Below the pieces are notes generated by a model. The model saw only the letters and a program-made list of their open reading frames with translations. It was not told the DNA's origin and did not search any database. The translations under genes were made by a program, and so were the position numbers. From Malacoraja senta (Eukaryota), in NCBI GenBank assembly GCA_038087875.1, contig JAXLNO010000460.1, positions 1-64,000 on the forward strand: 64,000 bases of DNA. Reading direction: 5' to 3'. Below, piece by piece: positions 62,470 through 64,000 of the stretch (position 1 is its first letter; each line of letters begins with the position of its first letter).

Positions 62470-64000
62470 ATGCAGCTCCAGCGTTTCACGTTCACGGTGG
62501 TTTATCGTAAGGGGAAGGACATGTTCGTAGCCGACACGTTGTCTCGTGCCCCGCTGACGTCCACTGCTCGCCACCAATACGAAATGTCCGAGTTACTAGT
62601 ACTAGTACTACGATTGAACTTCGTCCCCTCGCCACAGATGAAGTCCCTGGTTGAACACACTACCAACGACCCTGCCCTGCAACAGCTGTCTGCCGTCATC
62701 CGGCAGGGCTGGCCTGACCGTCGCTCGGCACTGCCGGCTGGAGCCGTGCCCTACTTCCTGATTCGGGACGAGCTCGTATTGCACGACGGCATGGTGGTGA
62801 AGGGTCACAAAGTGGTCGTGCCCGCGGCGCTGCACGACCACTATTTTCAGGTCGCACACCGCGGTCACACTGGGGCCGAAGCCACTTTGTCTCTCGCCAA
62901 GGCACAGTTCTATTGGCCGGATATGGCAAAGTACATCCGGGAGAGGGTCTCATCGTGTTCCACCTGCAACAGCCGCGCCCCCCATCAGCAGCGTCAGCCG
63001 CTTCTACAGCAGCCCGCGCCCGGACTGCCCTGGATGGCGCTCGCCACAGACATTTTCGAGTGGCGGGGCAAACATTTCCTGGTACTCGTTGACTTCTACT
63101 CCAGCTGGTTTGCGGTTGACCGGCTGCCTTCCGTGACCTCTTCGGCCATCATCGACAGGTTGGACCCTCACTTTAGCACTTTTGGCCCCCCGGCAAGCTT
63201 GCAGTCGGACAATGGCAGCCAGTTCACGAGCTCCGAGTTTAAAGCGTTCGCTTCCAGATGGAACTTTCGCCATTTCACAAGCAGCCCGGAGTACCCGCAA
63301 AGCAACGGTTTGGCCGAGCGCGCGGTCCGCAGTGCTAAGCACCTGTTGGAACAGTGTGGTGGCATTAACTCCGACTTCCACCTGGCCCTCCTCAGCCTTC
63401 GGAACATTTCTCGCGACCCTGCCATGGGTTCACCTGCTCAGCGGCTCCTGTCTCGCGCTACCAGGCTCCCACTCCCGGTGGCCCAGCGATCCCTCATACC
63501 CTCGGTCCTTCCACCTGCGGCGGTTCAGAAACGAATTGCCTTCAGGCAAGACGTCCAAAAGCGGTCCCATGACAGGTCCTGCCACCCGCTGCCGCCCCTC
63601 TTCCCCGGTCAAGTAGTCCGTATGCAGACCACTCCCGGTCACTCCAAGCTCGCTACTGTCATCGGCTCTGCGGGGTCGCCCAGGTCCTATTTCGTCGACT
63701 ACGCTGGGACCATTTACCGACGGTCCCACCAGCACCTTCGGCTCGTCCACGAGCCGCGTCCTCCTGCCGCCGATCCCTTTGCTCCCCCGCTGCCTGTTTC
63801 GCGTCCGGCCGTTGCCCTGCCCGTGATTCCCTACATGCCTCGCTCTGCTCCTCCTTCGCCCCCTCCGCTCCAACACACTCCGACTAGTCCTCGCACGCCC
63901 CCCCCGCGCTCTTCCCGGTCCCGGCCCCGCATCCCCTCCGGTTTCGGTGCCGCGATCTCTTCCGTTTCCTCCCGTTTCTCCCTTTCAGGTTCGTCTGTCC
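62470..64000 (+). CDS. Gag-Pol part 2 (after frameshift): RNase H end + integrase, open to the window edge
   Basis: Manual translation from ATG 62470: MQLQRFTFTVVYRKGKDMFVADTLSR...HRGH...FYWP...CSTC...TDIF...SDNGSQF...PQSNGLAERAV, then a Pro-rich tail; no stop seen. Confidence 0.85.
   Translation, partial: MQLQRFTFTVVYRKGKDMFVADTLSRAPLTSTARHQYEMSELLVLVLRLNFVPSPQMKSLVEHTTNDPALQQLSAVIRQGWPDRRSALPAGAVPYFLIRDELVLHDGMVVKGHKVVVPAALHDHYFQVAHRGHTGAEATLSLAKAQFYWPDMAKYIRERVSSCSTCNSRAPHQQRQPLLQQPAPGLPWMALATDIFEWRGKHFLVLVDFYSSWFAVDRLPSVTSSAIIDRLDPHFSTFGPPASLQSDNGSQFTSSEFKAFASRWNFRHFTSSPEYPQSNGLAERAVRSAKHLLEQCGGINSDFHLALLSLRNISRDPAMGSPAQRLLSRATRLPLPVAQRSLIPSVLPPAAVQKRIAFRQDVQKRSHDRSCHPLPPLFPGQVVRMQTTPGHSKLATVIGSAGSPRSYFVDYAGTIYRRSHQHLRLVHEPRPPAADPFAPPLPVSRPAVALPVIPYMPRSAPPSPPPLQHTPTSPRTPPPRSSRSRPRIPSGFGAAISSVSSRFSLSGSSV

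Larger units (their letters stand above)
59645..64000 (+). mobile_element. Ty3/Gypsy LTR retrotransposon (Mag/K02A2.6-like), runs off the window
   Basis: LTR + PBS + gag-PR-RT-RH-IN domain order. Confidence 0.93.

Overview
Gene-poor, repeat-rich eukaryotic DNA, most likely from a cartilaginous fish (skate/ray or shark), inferred from the many HE1-type V-SINEs, HER1/CR1 LINE fragments and shark-type DeuSINE remnants. I cannot confidently identify any host protein-coding gene. The long ORFs all belong to mobile elements: an intact-ORF RTE-X-like LINE (41.6-45.0 kb), a young Mag-type Gypsy LTR element (59.6 kb to the window end) inserted into a decayed DIRS-type element, Neptune-type Penelope-like elements (RT + GIY-YIG), and Rex1/Babar and CR1 fragments. 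The window also holds nested PIF/Harbinger-type elements, a probable Helitron with a 31-bp array, an unclassified TIR element and a 158-bp palindrome. The standout is a ~190-bp TSD-flanked retroposon at 39499-39688 (minus strand). Its first 67 nt fold into a complete HDV-like self-cleaving ribozyme whose P2/P3/L3/J4-2 core is, from memory, almost identical to the mammalian CPEB3 ribozyme. Minimal hammerhead-ribozyme motifs also occur in about a dozen Penelope pseudo-LTR copies. All family assignments come from motif recognition, not database searches.
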